Of a stretch of DNA of 64,000 nucleotides, positions 43,862 through 57,869 are shown piece by piece. The stretch's first letter is position 1, and the number at the start of each line of letters is the position of its first letter. Origin of the DNA: the human T2T-CHM13v2.0 reference genome, Homo sapiens. The notes under the pieces are model-generated. The model was not told the origin of the DNA. It searched no databases and worked only from the letters and a program-made list of their open reading frames with translations. A program made the translations under genes and the position numbers. The stretch lies in the NCBI RefSeq assembly GCF_009914755.1, contig NC_060937.1; one strand, given 5' to 3'.

Positions 43862-44660
43862 ACTGTGAGGCTGGCCAAAGTACAAAATAAAGGCCCACAT
43901 ATCATATGCTTAGGTATTTAAAGGTATACATTGAGTTAACAAAGTGTTAAATAAAATGTATTCTGTTTCCCTACCTTGGCAAATACGTCATTGCAATGGC
44001 AAAATTTTTAAAAAGTGTAGTTATGATTTTTATATCAGTGAATATCAGAAAAATGTCAAATGATTGAATTTATTATTTTGCACTATTATTAAATGCAGAA
44101 AATGGGCCAGTTTTGTAATTAAATCTTGATTTAATAAGGAATCTAAAGTTCCTGGGATTTCAACTTAACAGGTTAGAACTTGGACTGGATGAGATACTTT
44201 TCTTGTTCAATTTTAGTGTTTTGCTCAGTAATTCAATCTTCATTAAATAAAAAAATTTTCATGTCCTATTTATGAGTTTTATATGACTCGTGCCTTACAG
44301 AGCCTGCTCACTTTTAGTTTTAATAGTAAAAATTTTAAGCAGATTGCTTCTTTGAAGATTTTTAACTTTTTAAACTTTGTCTTTTCTGAATTCTACTTTC
44401 ATAATTTGTTTCTAAAACATTCTTCACTTGTACTCATTATCATGTAAAGGATTAAAAAGTAGTGAAATTTTATTCAAAGTATACTAAAAATGTAAATAAA
44501 AGTAAATGTGAAGTTTAAAATATTAAAAACTTTCTCTTCAAAATTATTCAAAAATTATACAGTAAAACTAAAAGGCAAAATATAGACTACAACTGATGAT
44601 ATCAAAATTTTAAATAAAGTTGTTTTTATAAAGCTGCAATTTTTTGTATAATTTTGTTAA
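43862..44660. mobile_element. hAT-Tip100 DNA transposon remnant (FordPrefect-like)
   Basis: aagtacaaaataaaggcccacatatcatatg...tgttaaataaaatgtattctgtttccctaccttggcaaata resembles the recalled consensus; AT-rich body. Confidence 0.5.
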
Positions 44661-44885
<225 letters not shown>

Positions 44886-45061
44886 TAATTGCCAAAGAAT
44901 AATTATATATATTCATGGGATATACAGTAGTGTCTCAACATATACAGTGTATACTGATCAGATCATTAGGGTAATTGGCAAATCCATCATCTCAAACATT
45001 TATCATTTTTGTGTTGGAAACGTTCAGTATCTTCCTTCTAGTTACTTGAAACCATGAAATA

Positions 45062-45734
<673 letters not shown>

Positions 45735-45974
45735 TGATAAAGAACACTAGAAGTTTAATAGTTAGAAAATTTAGTTTTATTTTTATGAAAATGATTTTTA
45801 AAATAATTCCAGTAATACCATTGTCTATTTGTCAATGTTAAGTTAGTATTATGCTTCATGCATGCTTTGTCTAGATCTTTATATGTACAAATGTAGAATA
45901 ATATAAATTTTTTATATTGTAAAACATTCCTCAGACACCATTGGAACTTGTGAATAATGTGAGCATCTCTAGAA

Positions 45975-46189
45975 TAGGGGTTGGCAACCTATGGCCCATA
46001 GACCACATCTGTCCTGCCACCTGTATTTGTGAATAAAATCTCACTGGAACACAACCACCATCGTTCATTCATGCGTTGTCTCTGTCTTCACACTGCAACA
46101 GCAGTTTAGTTACAACAGGGACTGTGTGGCCTGCAAAGCCTGAAGTATTTGCTCTATGGCTGTTTGTAGAAAAAGTTTGCATCCTTCTG
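45975..46189 (+). mobile_element. MER58A (hAT-Charlie)
   Basis: aggggttggcaacctatggccc...ggcctgcaaagcctgaagtattt...gaaaaagtttgc; 8-bp TSD ctctagaa/ctctggaa. Confidence 0.9.
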
Positions 46190-48919
46190 CTCTGGAACCA
46201 TAAATTAGAACAGGAAGAAAAGTAAGAAGATGAAGGCTTGACCTTACTGTGAAACAATATCTTTTATGCAAGAAATGCTTACATTTGTGCTCTCTGAGAA
46301 GAAAGATTTGAAAACTTAGTTTTCCCGGCCCTCAGATGCCATATTCCCCTCCATCCCCCTCCATCGTGGCAGCAGCACAGCCTGCAAACCTATACAGTGT
46401 TCCTGTCATATCAGGGCCATGGAGCAAGAGCTGTATAAATGTGTTTCTCCAGAGCATGCACATTGTCAGTGACCAGAGGAGACGCCGCACTCAGGGTTAT
46501 AGGGTCCACCGTGCTCATGCTGAGGGCAGGATCCAGTGTGACAGAGGCATCCACGTGGTATTTTATCCTGTGGATTTGTGATTTGCAAGAGCAGCTAATG
46601 CAAACAGGTGTAAAAGCAGTACTCGATAGTTATTAAATCGCCTGTGTTTTATTCTAAATGTTGCTCACAAATCAGTATTATATGCTCTTCATCCCTGGAA
46701 CACACATTGAAAAATCGTGCCAGAAAGTAGAGATTGGTGTTGGATTTGGGATTTTTCAAATACTATGGGAAAGCTTCTTCATTTCAGTCACTTGAAAACA
46801 TTTTAAAAATATCTGGATTTAGAGTATTTTAAAAAATAATCATAATATCCTGACTCATTACTGGTAGTGTTGTTCCCTTGATATTGGTGACTTAAAGCCA
46901 GCTATATGGTTGGGGGCCACTGAAACACAGCAAAATGAGCTGTTTCACAAGGAAAACAAATGGTATGATTTTGATATGGAACTCCATGGTCTGGTGAGCC
47001 AAGTACCTAGGATATGTCCGAAGGAATCCTCAGGCTCTCATTTTGAGAAATAATCTGAGTACCTGTTCTCTCAAGCTGAAAAAGAAATTGTAATGAAGAA
47101 TTCAAGTTAATAGGTGAGAGAAATACTATACCCATTAGGACTTCAACAGTAAGAGCTATATAAAAATGGAATGGGCCACAGTGAACAAATATGGAAATAG
47201 CAGTCCCATTTATGGATTTTATTTGCATTATATAATGGGGTGCAGACATTACATTCATTGCTATTACCACTAATAACAGCACCACCTTACGTTTTCATAA
47301 TGCTTTCTATTTTACGCAGGGCTTCCCACACACTTGAGCTCGTTTACTTCTCATATAAACATGTGAGAAAGTGTAGACAAAGAAACTGAGTTTCAAAATG
47401 GTGACAGCACTTACCCAAGGTCAGAAAGCTTCCATGTGGCCAAAACAGGACACAAATTGAGATGTTCTTGTCCCATTTTTCATGTTTTCTGCCATGCCAA
47501 AGCTTGCCTTGTAAATAAAGTAACCGATGCAATTCATGTGCTGCATGCAAACAGCCATGCTGGACAATTCATGGTAACACTGATTTAAAGTGCTAATAGC
47601 CAAGGGTGAAAACAAACATATGATTTATGGCTTTAGTATTAATGAGAACTTTCAAATTTCACAAGATATAGATGGCATTGAGTCTGGGGGTGTTAAAACT
47701 CTGCACACAGAACAACTATTGAGGAGAAAGAAATATTTTGCGTAGATCAAAGCCATTTTGAATACTTCTCAGCATCTTAGATCTGCACAAATAAAGCTGT
47801 ATTTGGAAGGTGAGGAGGGTGGCAGGGTCCACACCCTGGGTGGGGGAAGATGCAGCCCTTGGCATCACAGCAGTCACAGGTACAATAACAAATGGCTTCT
47901 CTGATAAGTGACTCTCCGGTTCTTCCGGGACACTTGACTGCAGAAAACAGTCAGCATTATTAACCTAAGAAATAATTGGTCCCCACAATGTCCTTCTGCA
48001 CTGTGTTCGCAGGTGGCCCTGTGAGGAGTCAGCTAAAATCATGCCTGCTCAGCACCAGGCAGCATTCTCAATCACCGAAGCTTCAGAATAAACAGTATGC
48101 ATTTGGACCTAGGACCTTTTAATGTTCAGAAACCCAAAACAATCTTAGTTTCTCAAAGGGTCAAATTGTAAATAATACTGAAAGCACAGCCACTTAGGTT
48201 AGTTTTACCCTGTGGCCCAAGGTACAGTAAAACCTAAATACTAATGTCGCAGCCCCGAGTTCTGAGAGCTGCAGGGTGTTTGAGAATGGCTTTCCCATTC
48301 TTCAAAGCTCAGTTCCTGTCTTATGGGAGAAAGTGTACCTTGAAAAGGTAATTCTTTAAAAATTACTTAACAATTTTTGTTTTGTGAATTATTTAAACAC
48401 AAAAACACAGAAAATAATTCACCTTTATGTACATCCACTTCTAAGAGATGCTGATTTTTTTGCATTTGCTGCAGACTTTTTAAGAGAAATGTTCAGGCAG
48501 AGATAGTTAAGCCCCTATCTAAATTCTTTCCCTGTGCCCCTTCCCCCAATAAAACTGCTAGTCTGAGTAGATATGAACATTTCCTTGCATGATTTTATCC
48601 TCTTATTATATATGTATATATCAAAAAATATATATAGTTCTATTTTGTATGTTTACAGTGGACATACACTCTGTATGTAGCTTGCTTTTTTAGAAAAAAA
48701 TCCCTAGCATTATTTTTTGAGATTAAAATAGATTTTATTTATTAACTGCTGTAAATTTATTAGCCTGCTCTATGATATGAATAGGAAGTTGGATGTAAAA
48801 TTTAGTTTTTCCTGTCTGCTGTTGATAGACACTGAAATTATTTAAAATTTTTCACTCTTAGCAAGAGTAATGAAACAACACTTCTGACAGGTAACTCCAT
48901 GGACATGAGAGGTATCCTA

Positions 48920-49073
48920 CAGGCTGTCTTGAAAACTGTCATTATTGCATATTATAAGGGTAAGTTTTGTTTAGTTAAACTTTTTTCCATTAGATGTTTA
49001 TATATGCAGGTGCACTGGGCTGTGATGTAAAATATATTTCTGAGGGTCATAGTGAAAAACTGGAAGCTGCCTC
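48920..49073 (-). mobile_element. Charlie4-like hAT fragment within an old L1ME (~48370-49260)
   Basis: aagggtaagttttgtttagttaaacttt...cactgggctgtgatgtaaaatatatttct. Confidence 0.55.
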
Positions 49074-49737
49074 ACTAGGGCATGTACCTAAGACCTACTG
49101 TTGGGTCACAGGATATATGCATCTTCGGCTATCCTGAATGTTGCCAAACTGCTTATGAAAGTGACTGCATCTTATTTGCAGGGCTCCCTCCTATTTTACC
49201 ACATTTTAGCACTAGGCTTTTGTGACAAGGGTTTCTAACTGTAATCATAGTTTGCTTTTCCCTATTGCTGGTGAGGCTAAGAATAAGTCAGTTCTAAGTG
49301 TTAGAAATCCATTTATTTGAAGGTTTACATTTTGTAATTTTATCACAGTATTGGATAGTCACAAGAAAAATAAAGCATGTGGAAAGGAGAGGCTGGGATC
49401 TTTCTAGGTTGATTGGAAGAAGGCAGGCGAGAAATAGCTAATATTTTGATACCTGATGTTACAGACTTCAGCCTTAGAAAACGACTAGAATTGATGGTGC
49501 TCTCTGCTGTCGGGTATGTGATGTGTTGCACTTAGGGCAGAGGGTGAAAATGTAGGTGCCTTCAGCAGCCTGTGTTTTTATGTAAGTGAGTAAAGCGTGC
49601 TGGGTGTAACATGTTTGCACATTTAATGCATGGAACAGTTCTTCACTCCTTCAGACGTATATTCTCTCTCCCAATTTTCTTGTTATACTGCCCTCTTTGT
49701 CTTTTATTTTCTGTCTTTGATGCTTGTGTGGACGCAG

Positions 49738-49752
49738 AGAGCTAACTGGACG
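49738..49752 (+). other. Candidate 15-nt cassette microexon (AGAGCTAACTGGACG)
   Basis: No AG between 49655 and 49735; C/T-rich tract; TGC at 49721-49723; gcag| acceptor; ACG|GTGAGT donor; length divisible by 3. Confidence 0.5.
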
Positions 49753-51075
49753 GTGAGTAGTTTCTTATGGTAAGTTTCCGTGGTGGGCTCTGCAGGGACA
49801 GCTGCAACTCTGCTCTAGGGGAGTTTTGTTTTGTGGGAATTAGAATCCAATGTTGCTAGATATTTTTATGCGTTTTCCAAGAGAAAGTGGAAATATTTTT
49901 AAAAATTAATTTAATCTTGTGAAGTCTCTTGATTTAGTTTTTAAAATACTGAGCCACGTTTTTAAAAACACAGTTTGGGCCAAACAAACTGTATCTGAAT
50001 TTAGACTGTGAGCCACTGATTTGAAATTTCTATGTTAAGGGAACAGAACTGTGAAATGGCTAAGTTTTTAGAAATCATGAACACCAATGTTGATTCCTTA
50101 TGACCTAATTTGTCATTTTGCTTGTTTCCTCCTGGGTGTGTAAATGAGTGCTGAAGGAGCTGTGAAATTCTGAATAATACTCATTTGTCTTTGCTCCTCA
50201 GCACTTAATACAAGGCTTGTTATATAATAGGTTCATAATAAATGTTTGTCCAATCAATGCATAAATGAATGATGAAAACATACGGCTCCTGTTCCTTTAG
50301 AATTGAAAATCTGAGTTAAAAAACATACTTGCTGTTTACCAGTTTTGTGTTATTTTCTCGGGGCTAATAGTAAGAGGAAATTTCTGCTGTGCAAGGCTTT
50401 TCCACATGTCAAACCCTGACAGTTTTACTGTTCACCAAAATGCCACATAGCTAATTCATGATTTATAAAGAAAGCTCAGCACATTAATAGATTAGATAGT
50501 AGAATGAATAATAAATGGCAAAGCTATGTATACAAAGAAAATATGCATAGCTCTTGGAAAATCATATAATGAGGGTTGGTCCATCTGGAGCCTTTTCTTC
50601 CTAGGGGAAATGTAAGGATCGAGTGATAATCCTTCAGTTATAAAAGAAGAAAATGAAGTTCCATATGGGTATTTGATCAAGCCCAGGAAATTGCAGTGCT
50701 GAGGAAATTCTAGAACAATTAAGGCTCTTCCGCACTTAACCCAGTAGGCAGCCCGATTGGATCCATGGCAGCAGAATGCTATTGAAAATGTTAGTGTGGA
50801 GTGGGTAGGAATTTGATCATGATCCTTTCCATCCCTAGCAGCCAGAGCCATCAAAGTCTTATTTTAAGTCTCTTGATTCTAAAAATCACTTCAGAGCTGT
50901 CCTTAGTTCTCCCTGCTTCCCGACTTGCTTCTGCCTGGCCTGGGCCACAGAAACGCGGCATGGTCAGTGGGGTCTTTGCCCGGCCCTGAAGTCCTGTTAG
51001 AGTTCTCCTGGTCCCGGCTCTGACTCTCCACAGTGGCTTCTTCGGCAGTTTACTCACTGGGCGTTTCCAATCTCG

Positions 51076-51122
51076 CCTGCGGCAGCATCGCCCTCCCCTG
51101 CGGCAGCATCGCCCTCCCCTGC
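51076..51122. repeat. Perfect 21-bp tandem duplication cctgcggcagcatcgccctcc
   Basis: Two exact copies (51076-51096, 51097-51117) plus a partial third. Confidence 0.97.
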
Positions 51123-51429
51123 AGCCCCCTGCCTTCAGCACTGTAGGAAAACCCATCAGAAGACCACCTTGACAGTGTGGTCAGTCAACCAAATGTCTTT
51201 TCTCCATCCTTCCTCTCCTTCTGGACATAATAACATCTGTTGAGTGCATTCCATTTGCCAGACACTGTTGCAAATATTTGATGCATTTTATCTCATTTAA
51301 TCTTTGCCAGAAACCATGAGGACAATATTATTTTTATCCCTAATTTTTGTGGTGAGGAAACTGAGGCACAGGAACATGTTGATTATCTTTGCCTTTTTGA
51401 AACTCAGCTTATTTTTTGCTTTCCATACC

Positions 51430-52330
51430 AGTTCATTTCAGTGAACATTTATGACCTACTGTATTTCCGTTATAAAGATGAGCAATGCAGGATTCCTTCC
51501 CTCTTGGAGCGTACAGTGGAGGAGATGAAAAATTCCACTGTGACAAGCAAGGGAGGACTGAGGTGGGCACAGGCAGCAATGAAAGGTCATTGTCCATTCT
51601 GAGGGATAGAGACCACTTCCTGAGGGAGGTGGTGGCAGAGCTGCCTTGGAGGCAAAAATATAAAAAATAGGCAGGTGCGGTGGTGCACATTTGTAGTCCC
51701 AGCTACTCAGGAGGCTGAGGTGAGAGGATTGATTGAGCTTGGGAGGTCGAGGCAGCAGTGAGCCATGATTGCACCACTGCACTCCAGTTTAGATGACAGA
51801 ATGAGACCTTGTCTCAAAAAAAAAAAAAAAAAAAAAGAAAAGAAGAAAAAAAGAATTAGAGAAATAAGATGGGAGGGTGTTCCAGGAAGAAGGCACAGCA
51901 TGAGTTGAGGCAGAGAGGTATGAAGCAACCTAATGTTGTATGAGAACTGCAAACAGTTTGATATTACTAAATTAATGTGATGGCAATGGGTGGAACATTG
52001 TAGGAGGCATGTATAATGTGCTAATGAGCCTGGCTTTCATCGAGTAAGTAGTAGTGGCTGTTTTATTTTAAGCTTGGAACAGGTGTGGACTGGAATATAA
52101 TTCAGTAGATTGCAGTGCATTTTGGAGGATGAATGGAGGGGAAGGTAAGAATCAAGGGAGATCAATTATGTGGCTGTTGTGATAGTCCAGGGAGGGATGA
52201 GGAGCTACAGAATAAAGCCATTTGGAAGTACAGTAGGAGGAGATGAGAGAATGGATATGAGAAACATTTAGAAGTTAAAATAAGTAGGACATTTTTTGTA
52301 ACAGTGATTGGCAATATCTAAATGGGCTGT
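51430..52330 (-). mobile_element. L2 fragment interrupted by an Alu arm
   Basis: ttcatttcagtgaacatttatgacctactgta...gagggtgttccaggaagaaggcacagcatgag...gtgatagtccagggagggatga. Confidence 0.7.
51652..51852 (+). mobile_element. Alu right arm (AluJ/FRAM-like)
   Basis: aaaaatataaaaaataggcaggtgcggtggtgc...gtgagccatgattgcaccactgcactccag; long A tail. Confidence 0.88.
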
Positions 52331-55300
52331 GGTGAGGGAATGATTATATTATATGTATACTAGGGTGCATGATCAGCTGTTAGGAAGCATCAGGAAGCTT
52401 TATGTAAATGGCATGGATGAATTTGAAACATTGGAAGTGAATGGGAGGAATAAGATACAAAATAATCTGCATGCTATGCTAATCATGACTGTACAAAACA
52501 AATTTGCATAGACTAACTCTGGAAGGATGTGTGAGTTATCTCTGCAGAGGACAATTAGGTGGTTGGGGGAAGGGATAGAGAGAAGGGGCTTAGGTTTTAT
52601 GATATACCCTTCCCCCCTTTGAGTTTGATGCCATGGGAATATATGACCTCTTTTTATCAAATCTCTGCTTGTGAACTGGATATGGGGAGTGAAGGAGAGG
52701 AATTAGTTGTACATAACCCTGGGTTCACAAATGCAGGTGAGGGAGTAGGTTTATCTGGTGGGGTCATTGCGGGGGAGAGGGGATGATGAGTCAGTTGTAG
52801 ATACATTTTTCACAGTGAATTTAAGTATGATTGATGAATCGCATCCTGGTGTCTCTTTTTCATTTAAAATTATTAAAAGCATTATTTTAAGGTATTTCAA
52901 CCCAATTGGCCTTTATTTAGACCAATTTTAAGAGAGTAGGAATTTTAGCTTAGGAGAAGGAATAGGAAATCTTTTCAATGACCAGAACTCAGCAGTTATA
53001 ATCAGCTGCTAACAGGTTCAAATGACTTTGGGAAATAAACTGGGAAACTTACTACCTTTTATATTTTTATGGGAGACTATTTTCTCAATTCCCAACAACT
53101 TCCTCCTAAACTTTCTGTAATATAACCTACGAGGTAATTGGTTTTCTTATGTGCTTCTTATTAAGCAATTATCCGACAAAATAGAGTTTTGTAACACACA
53201 TTTATAGGCTGTTAGTAGCTTCACATGTACATCAATCATCATAATGTTACTTCGCTGTATTATCAGGTGGAGATGAAAGCCTTTATGATAATCAAAATAA
53301 TTTAAAAATTTTCCCTTCACTGGGGTGAAGACAGAAAAAAAAATATTATTAAAAAGCCAGCACTCTACTAATTTGGTTTTCAGCTGGTGGAGTCCAGGAT
53401 TTATTCATTTATTTTTAATAGGAAATTCAAGTCTTAACTCACCTAGAAAATCATCATCTTTGCCTGTTTAATGTTTTCAGTTTTGAAATACTAATTTACA
53501 AACCTAACCTCTCTCAGCATCACACTTTTTGCCAGCTGTAATACATACACTGTCTCTTTCCCGGACTACCACAGCCCCCTGCAAGAGATTTGTAGCCATG
53601 CCATGGTCACAAAGATAGAAAAATGACTTATAATTACAGTACTGCACAAAGTACATGACATTGCTCTTTGAGATAGAATTTATCTGCCAAATTAAAGAAC
53701 TGTATTTTTTTCTGCTACATTTACCTTGCCACATGTGTTCTTTCTTTCTTTAACCACTTTTATTGCACTTGACATTCATTAGAATATATTAAGAATATAG
53801 AAAGTTAAGTGAAATAGGCAAGTGTCTCAACTACCTAGTGGTGAAAAATTTCCCCCTAGATTTAAGATCTTCTTACATCAAAAGGATTTTTCTAGTTCTA
53901 CAAAACAGTTCATTGCAATAGACTAAGCCTTGACCCTTCACTTTGTAGAGACAGTTTTGATTAGGGAATAGGATAGAATATCCAGAGAAGCAGTCAGGAA
54001 TGCAAACTTTGACTATTAGATTAAGCAACATAAAGGGCATAAACAACATCATTTGCAGGAAGAAGAATGAGAAGGGGGATATCATTTATACACTGGTTTC
54101 CATTTTAAGATGTAGAAATAATATACCTTTCCTTATGTAAACTCTTACAGTGTTCTTATCTGCTTAGCAGGCCATCTTTGTTATATTAGAACTCAAACAA
54201 GATAGTGATCTCTAATTCATTGGAAATTACTGTGATGTGATGGTTGTGATTATAGTTTGTTTTAAAATACAGATTTAGATGTACTGCAGGTATGTATGTC
54301 CTGTAGAGTGTAATTCCTCATGATAACATCCTTTTGTTGTAAGACAGCAGCACATCTGTGGGCCCCAGTGACCTAACAGGCTGCATTCATGGCTCTGGCC
54401 TTGTGACGACGGGTCAGTGGACTCTACACTATCTGCCCAGGTCTTGCCAGTGGTGCTATCAAAGGCTGTTAGGCTCTGACAGCTAAGATTGGTGGAGTAC
54501 AACCAGCCAGTGAGGCTCTTTCCTGGGATCTACCGCTCCATTTCACTCAATATGACCTTCCCAAAATGACTGTCTCTGCATAGGGTTGTGGAAAGCAGCC
54601 CCGTGGATCATTCAGAAGAGAGGCAAGTCCCCTTCTACACTCCTCAGAGACATCTGTAACCTCTGCAGTCAGACATTGCAAAGAGTTCCAGTGAACATTT
54701 TAGAATAACTACCAGATTCCAAGTGGTTTCCTTCAGGAGCTGAAGTTTGGAAGAAAGCTTGATTGAGAGAAACTTGTTTTAAGTAGGTAGCGTGACCAGC
54801 CACAGTTGAGGACTTAAACAAAACTCTTTGTTAGGTACTCTGTGTTGAGAGGTCTGACTTCCATGGCCAAATTGTTATTGATTTCTATTTATGCTTGTAA
54901 ATTCTACCAGAATGCTGCCTAATTAGAGCTGCTCTATTATTTTTCAGAAATCATTGTTATAAACAAAAATTATTGAAAATTAACAATGCCTTTTCATCCT
55001 GAAAACCATTTCAGGCCCTTTCCATTTTTAAGAATAAAATTATGGAAATTAAAGAATATACTGGATTTCTTTAAGGTGTAGAAATCCAGCATATACTTTT
55101 CTCTTGCTTTTCTCATCCTAAAACAACCCTTTGTTTTTTTTCTAAAAAGATTTAGTTATATTATCTTGAGGAAAAGATTTAGAAATAACAAGTTTGAAAT
55201 TAATAGAAGAGTTAAATGGTAAAACATGTAGTCACCATGAGTTTAGGTTTTTGTTGCTATCTTGGAGTCAGTTCCATGAGGTCTGAAGTGATTCCCAGGT

Positions 55301-56461
55301 TCAAAATGGAAAGGGAATCTGGGAGAGTAAGAGGCTCTGATGAGAGTCTGAGTTTAGTGCCTCAGAAGATGCCCAGTTTCCCAGAATACACTGCAGCATA
55401 TCTTAACGTTAGCATTAAATGTTAAATGCTAACATTTAATGTACACATTGAAATGATATTACGATAATGTTTTAAAATTTGGAGCAACCTTTTTTGGGGA
55501 GGGGGACTTTAAAATGATTCAAGTTATCAAGAACCAGTGCTCCCTTAAAAGAAGTAAACATAACACCCAGAAGAGAATTAGGGAGGTACTCTCTTGCTTT
55601 TGGGATGACATGTTTAAATTTAAAGCAAATCATCAGAAGGAACTTTCTTATGCTTAGGCCAACTACATGATGCGTTTTGAAAAGGAATAATTAGATGATG
55701 AATTTTGAAAAGGAAGTCACTTTCCTGATACTTGAGGGCTTTTGAATACATTCATTGTTTAAAAGGTAAATGTATTGATTTTGTGAATATCGAAAATAAA
55801 TTGATTACAATAGAGTCCATGCATTAAACTTGGCAGTTCTTTTCCCAAGAATGTTTCCCCCTAGTTTTTCTTTTTAATTAATTGTTTTTGAATAGGTAAT
55901 ACATTTGTTTACATTGTTAAAAAAGTTAAGAGAGACATTAGAAGGTATGCTTTGAGAAGTTTTACTGCCAACCCTGTTTTCGTTTGCCTCATCCCACCCT
56001 TCTGCCCCACAGGCCAACATGCTAGTTTCTCTGTATTTTCCCAGGATCTTTGGAGGCAGTTCTTTTTGCAAATATATGTTGTGCTTCTCCCTACTCCCCT
56101 TTTTACATAAAAATAGCGTAGTATATATGTTGTCCTTTGTTTTCCTCACTTAAGGGTACATCCTAGAGCGGTTTCCATTATCAGAAAACAGGGAGCTGCT
56201 TCTTTTAGCTCACGGGGATGGCTACTTGGATTGTTTCCAATGTTTTTCTTGTACAAACACTGCTGTGATATTTTATATGCATGTATAGGAATATCTGTAG
56301 GATAAAGTCTCACAAATGAGATTGTTGGATCAATATTTGTAATTTTGATAGATGTCAGGTTATTCCTCAGAGTGTTTTTGTCGTTGTTGTTTGTTTGTTT
56401 TTTAGAACAGAATTTTGCTTTCTCACCAGGAATGTTTGAAGGAAACTATTTTCCTGTGGCA

Positions 56462-56592
56462 AGCATGGCCATGTAATTTTTTTGTCTGAACCGTGACACT
56501 TCTGAGAGTGAAAAGTGGCTTATTAATAACCACACTAGGGCAACAGGCATAAGCCGGGACTTTGCCAGGTAATCTGGGACATGTCTTGACTT
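56462..56592. mobile_element. MER94 (hAT-Blackjack) inside an old antisense L1ME (~55870-56640)
   Basis: gacacttctgagagtgaaaag...tattaataa...caacaggcataagccgggact. Confidence 0.7.
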
Positions 56593-56714
56593 AATGTTAG
56601 CTTTGCTGACAGAATATGCCATAAGACTTTCCGATTTTTCTCAGGAGACCTTGAATGGAATTAAAATTCAAAAGTAATCCTTTAATGAGGCCAGCCTTTA
56701 AAAGTGAAGCCACT

Positions 56715-57185
56715 GATGATTGCACAACAGTATGAATGTATGTAGTGCCATGGAACTGTACACTTCAATGTGATTAAAATGGTAAATTTCATTATGTATA
56801 TTTTACCACAATATAAAGCATAAAAGTTAAATAAAGATACTACTAATATATGAACCCACATGGATTAATCTCAAACAAATTAGATAAAATGAGAAAAAGG
56901 AAAAAGACAGTCTCAAATGCTACATATTGTATGATTTTATTCATAAAGATATTCTGGAAAAGGTAAAACTATAGAAACAGCAAACGTGTAGGTAGTTTCC
57001 AGGGGCTGAGGGCACAGGGAGGGTTGACTACGAAGGAGCTGGAGGAAATTTTGGAGGGTGATGGGACTGTTCTATATCTTGACTATGGTAGTAGTTACAG
57101 GATTTTGTGTGTTTTTCAGAACTCATAGAAGTATACACTTAAAGGAGTACATTTCGCTGCATGTAAATTATAGCTTAATAAAAGA
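56715..57185 (+). mobile_element. L1M 3' end fragments
   Basis: gattgcacaacagtatgaatgta...; ttctggaaaaggtaaaactatag...gagggtgatgggactgttctatatcttgact...cttaataaaa. Confidence 0.75.
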
Positions 57186-57869
57186 GAAATGAAAAAAGTG
57201 ATGGAAAAAAGTAGAGTTCCCAGTATTGTTTCCCTTGAGCTCTGGGAAAGATGTCTTGCCTGGTCTGGCTTCTCTTCTGGGCAAGGGCAGCATGAGCTGA
57301 GTGGCGCTTGGCAATGGGCCTCCTGCCCAGTGACCCCTGTGCCACTTGCACTTTTCTAGCTGTCATCGGTGGCCCTGCCGCTTCAGGAAACTGTGGTACT
57401 CTAACGCTTCATCTGGCCTGTTTTAGGGATCTTGCAGATGCTAAGGTCAGGGGTTCAGGATGAGTGCGGCCCACCATTGTGTCACCCCGAGGCTCAAGTG
57501 GGTATGAGCGTATCTGGTTCCGTTTCACCTGGAGGGAATGGGGAAGCCTGATAATTGCTTCCGAGTGCCCCAGCCTTTCTTGAATGCCCTAGGGATTCGC
57601 CCTTGTTTCTTCGTGGCATAGGGAAAGGATTCTTACATGGTGAATCAATCTTGGCTGTGACAGAGGATGCCAGTTAATGGCCAATGTAAATGTCTGCTGC
57701 ATCTGGACCAAGTAAAAAGAATGTTTAGATGGGCAAGAACAGAAGGTTCCACAGGTAAGTAGGGTGCAGGGTCAGGAAGACAGTGAAGACAGATGGAAAA
57801 AGGCACATTCTCTGGGTCCAGGATGGGAGGTGGATGCGAAAGTCAGCAGAGGTCAAGAGTCAAAATCAG

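Noticed and set aside
51124-51155. TTCAGCAC as a REST/RE1 site
   Set aside because: Only the left half-site is present; the GGACAG half is missing.
50851-51156. Arg/Cys-rich 101-aa ORF on the - strand
   Set aside because: The repeat comes from the 21-bp duplication in a GC-rich patch; no other coding evidence.
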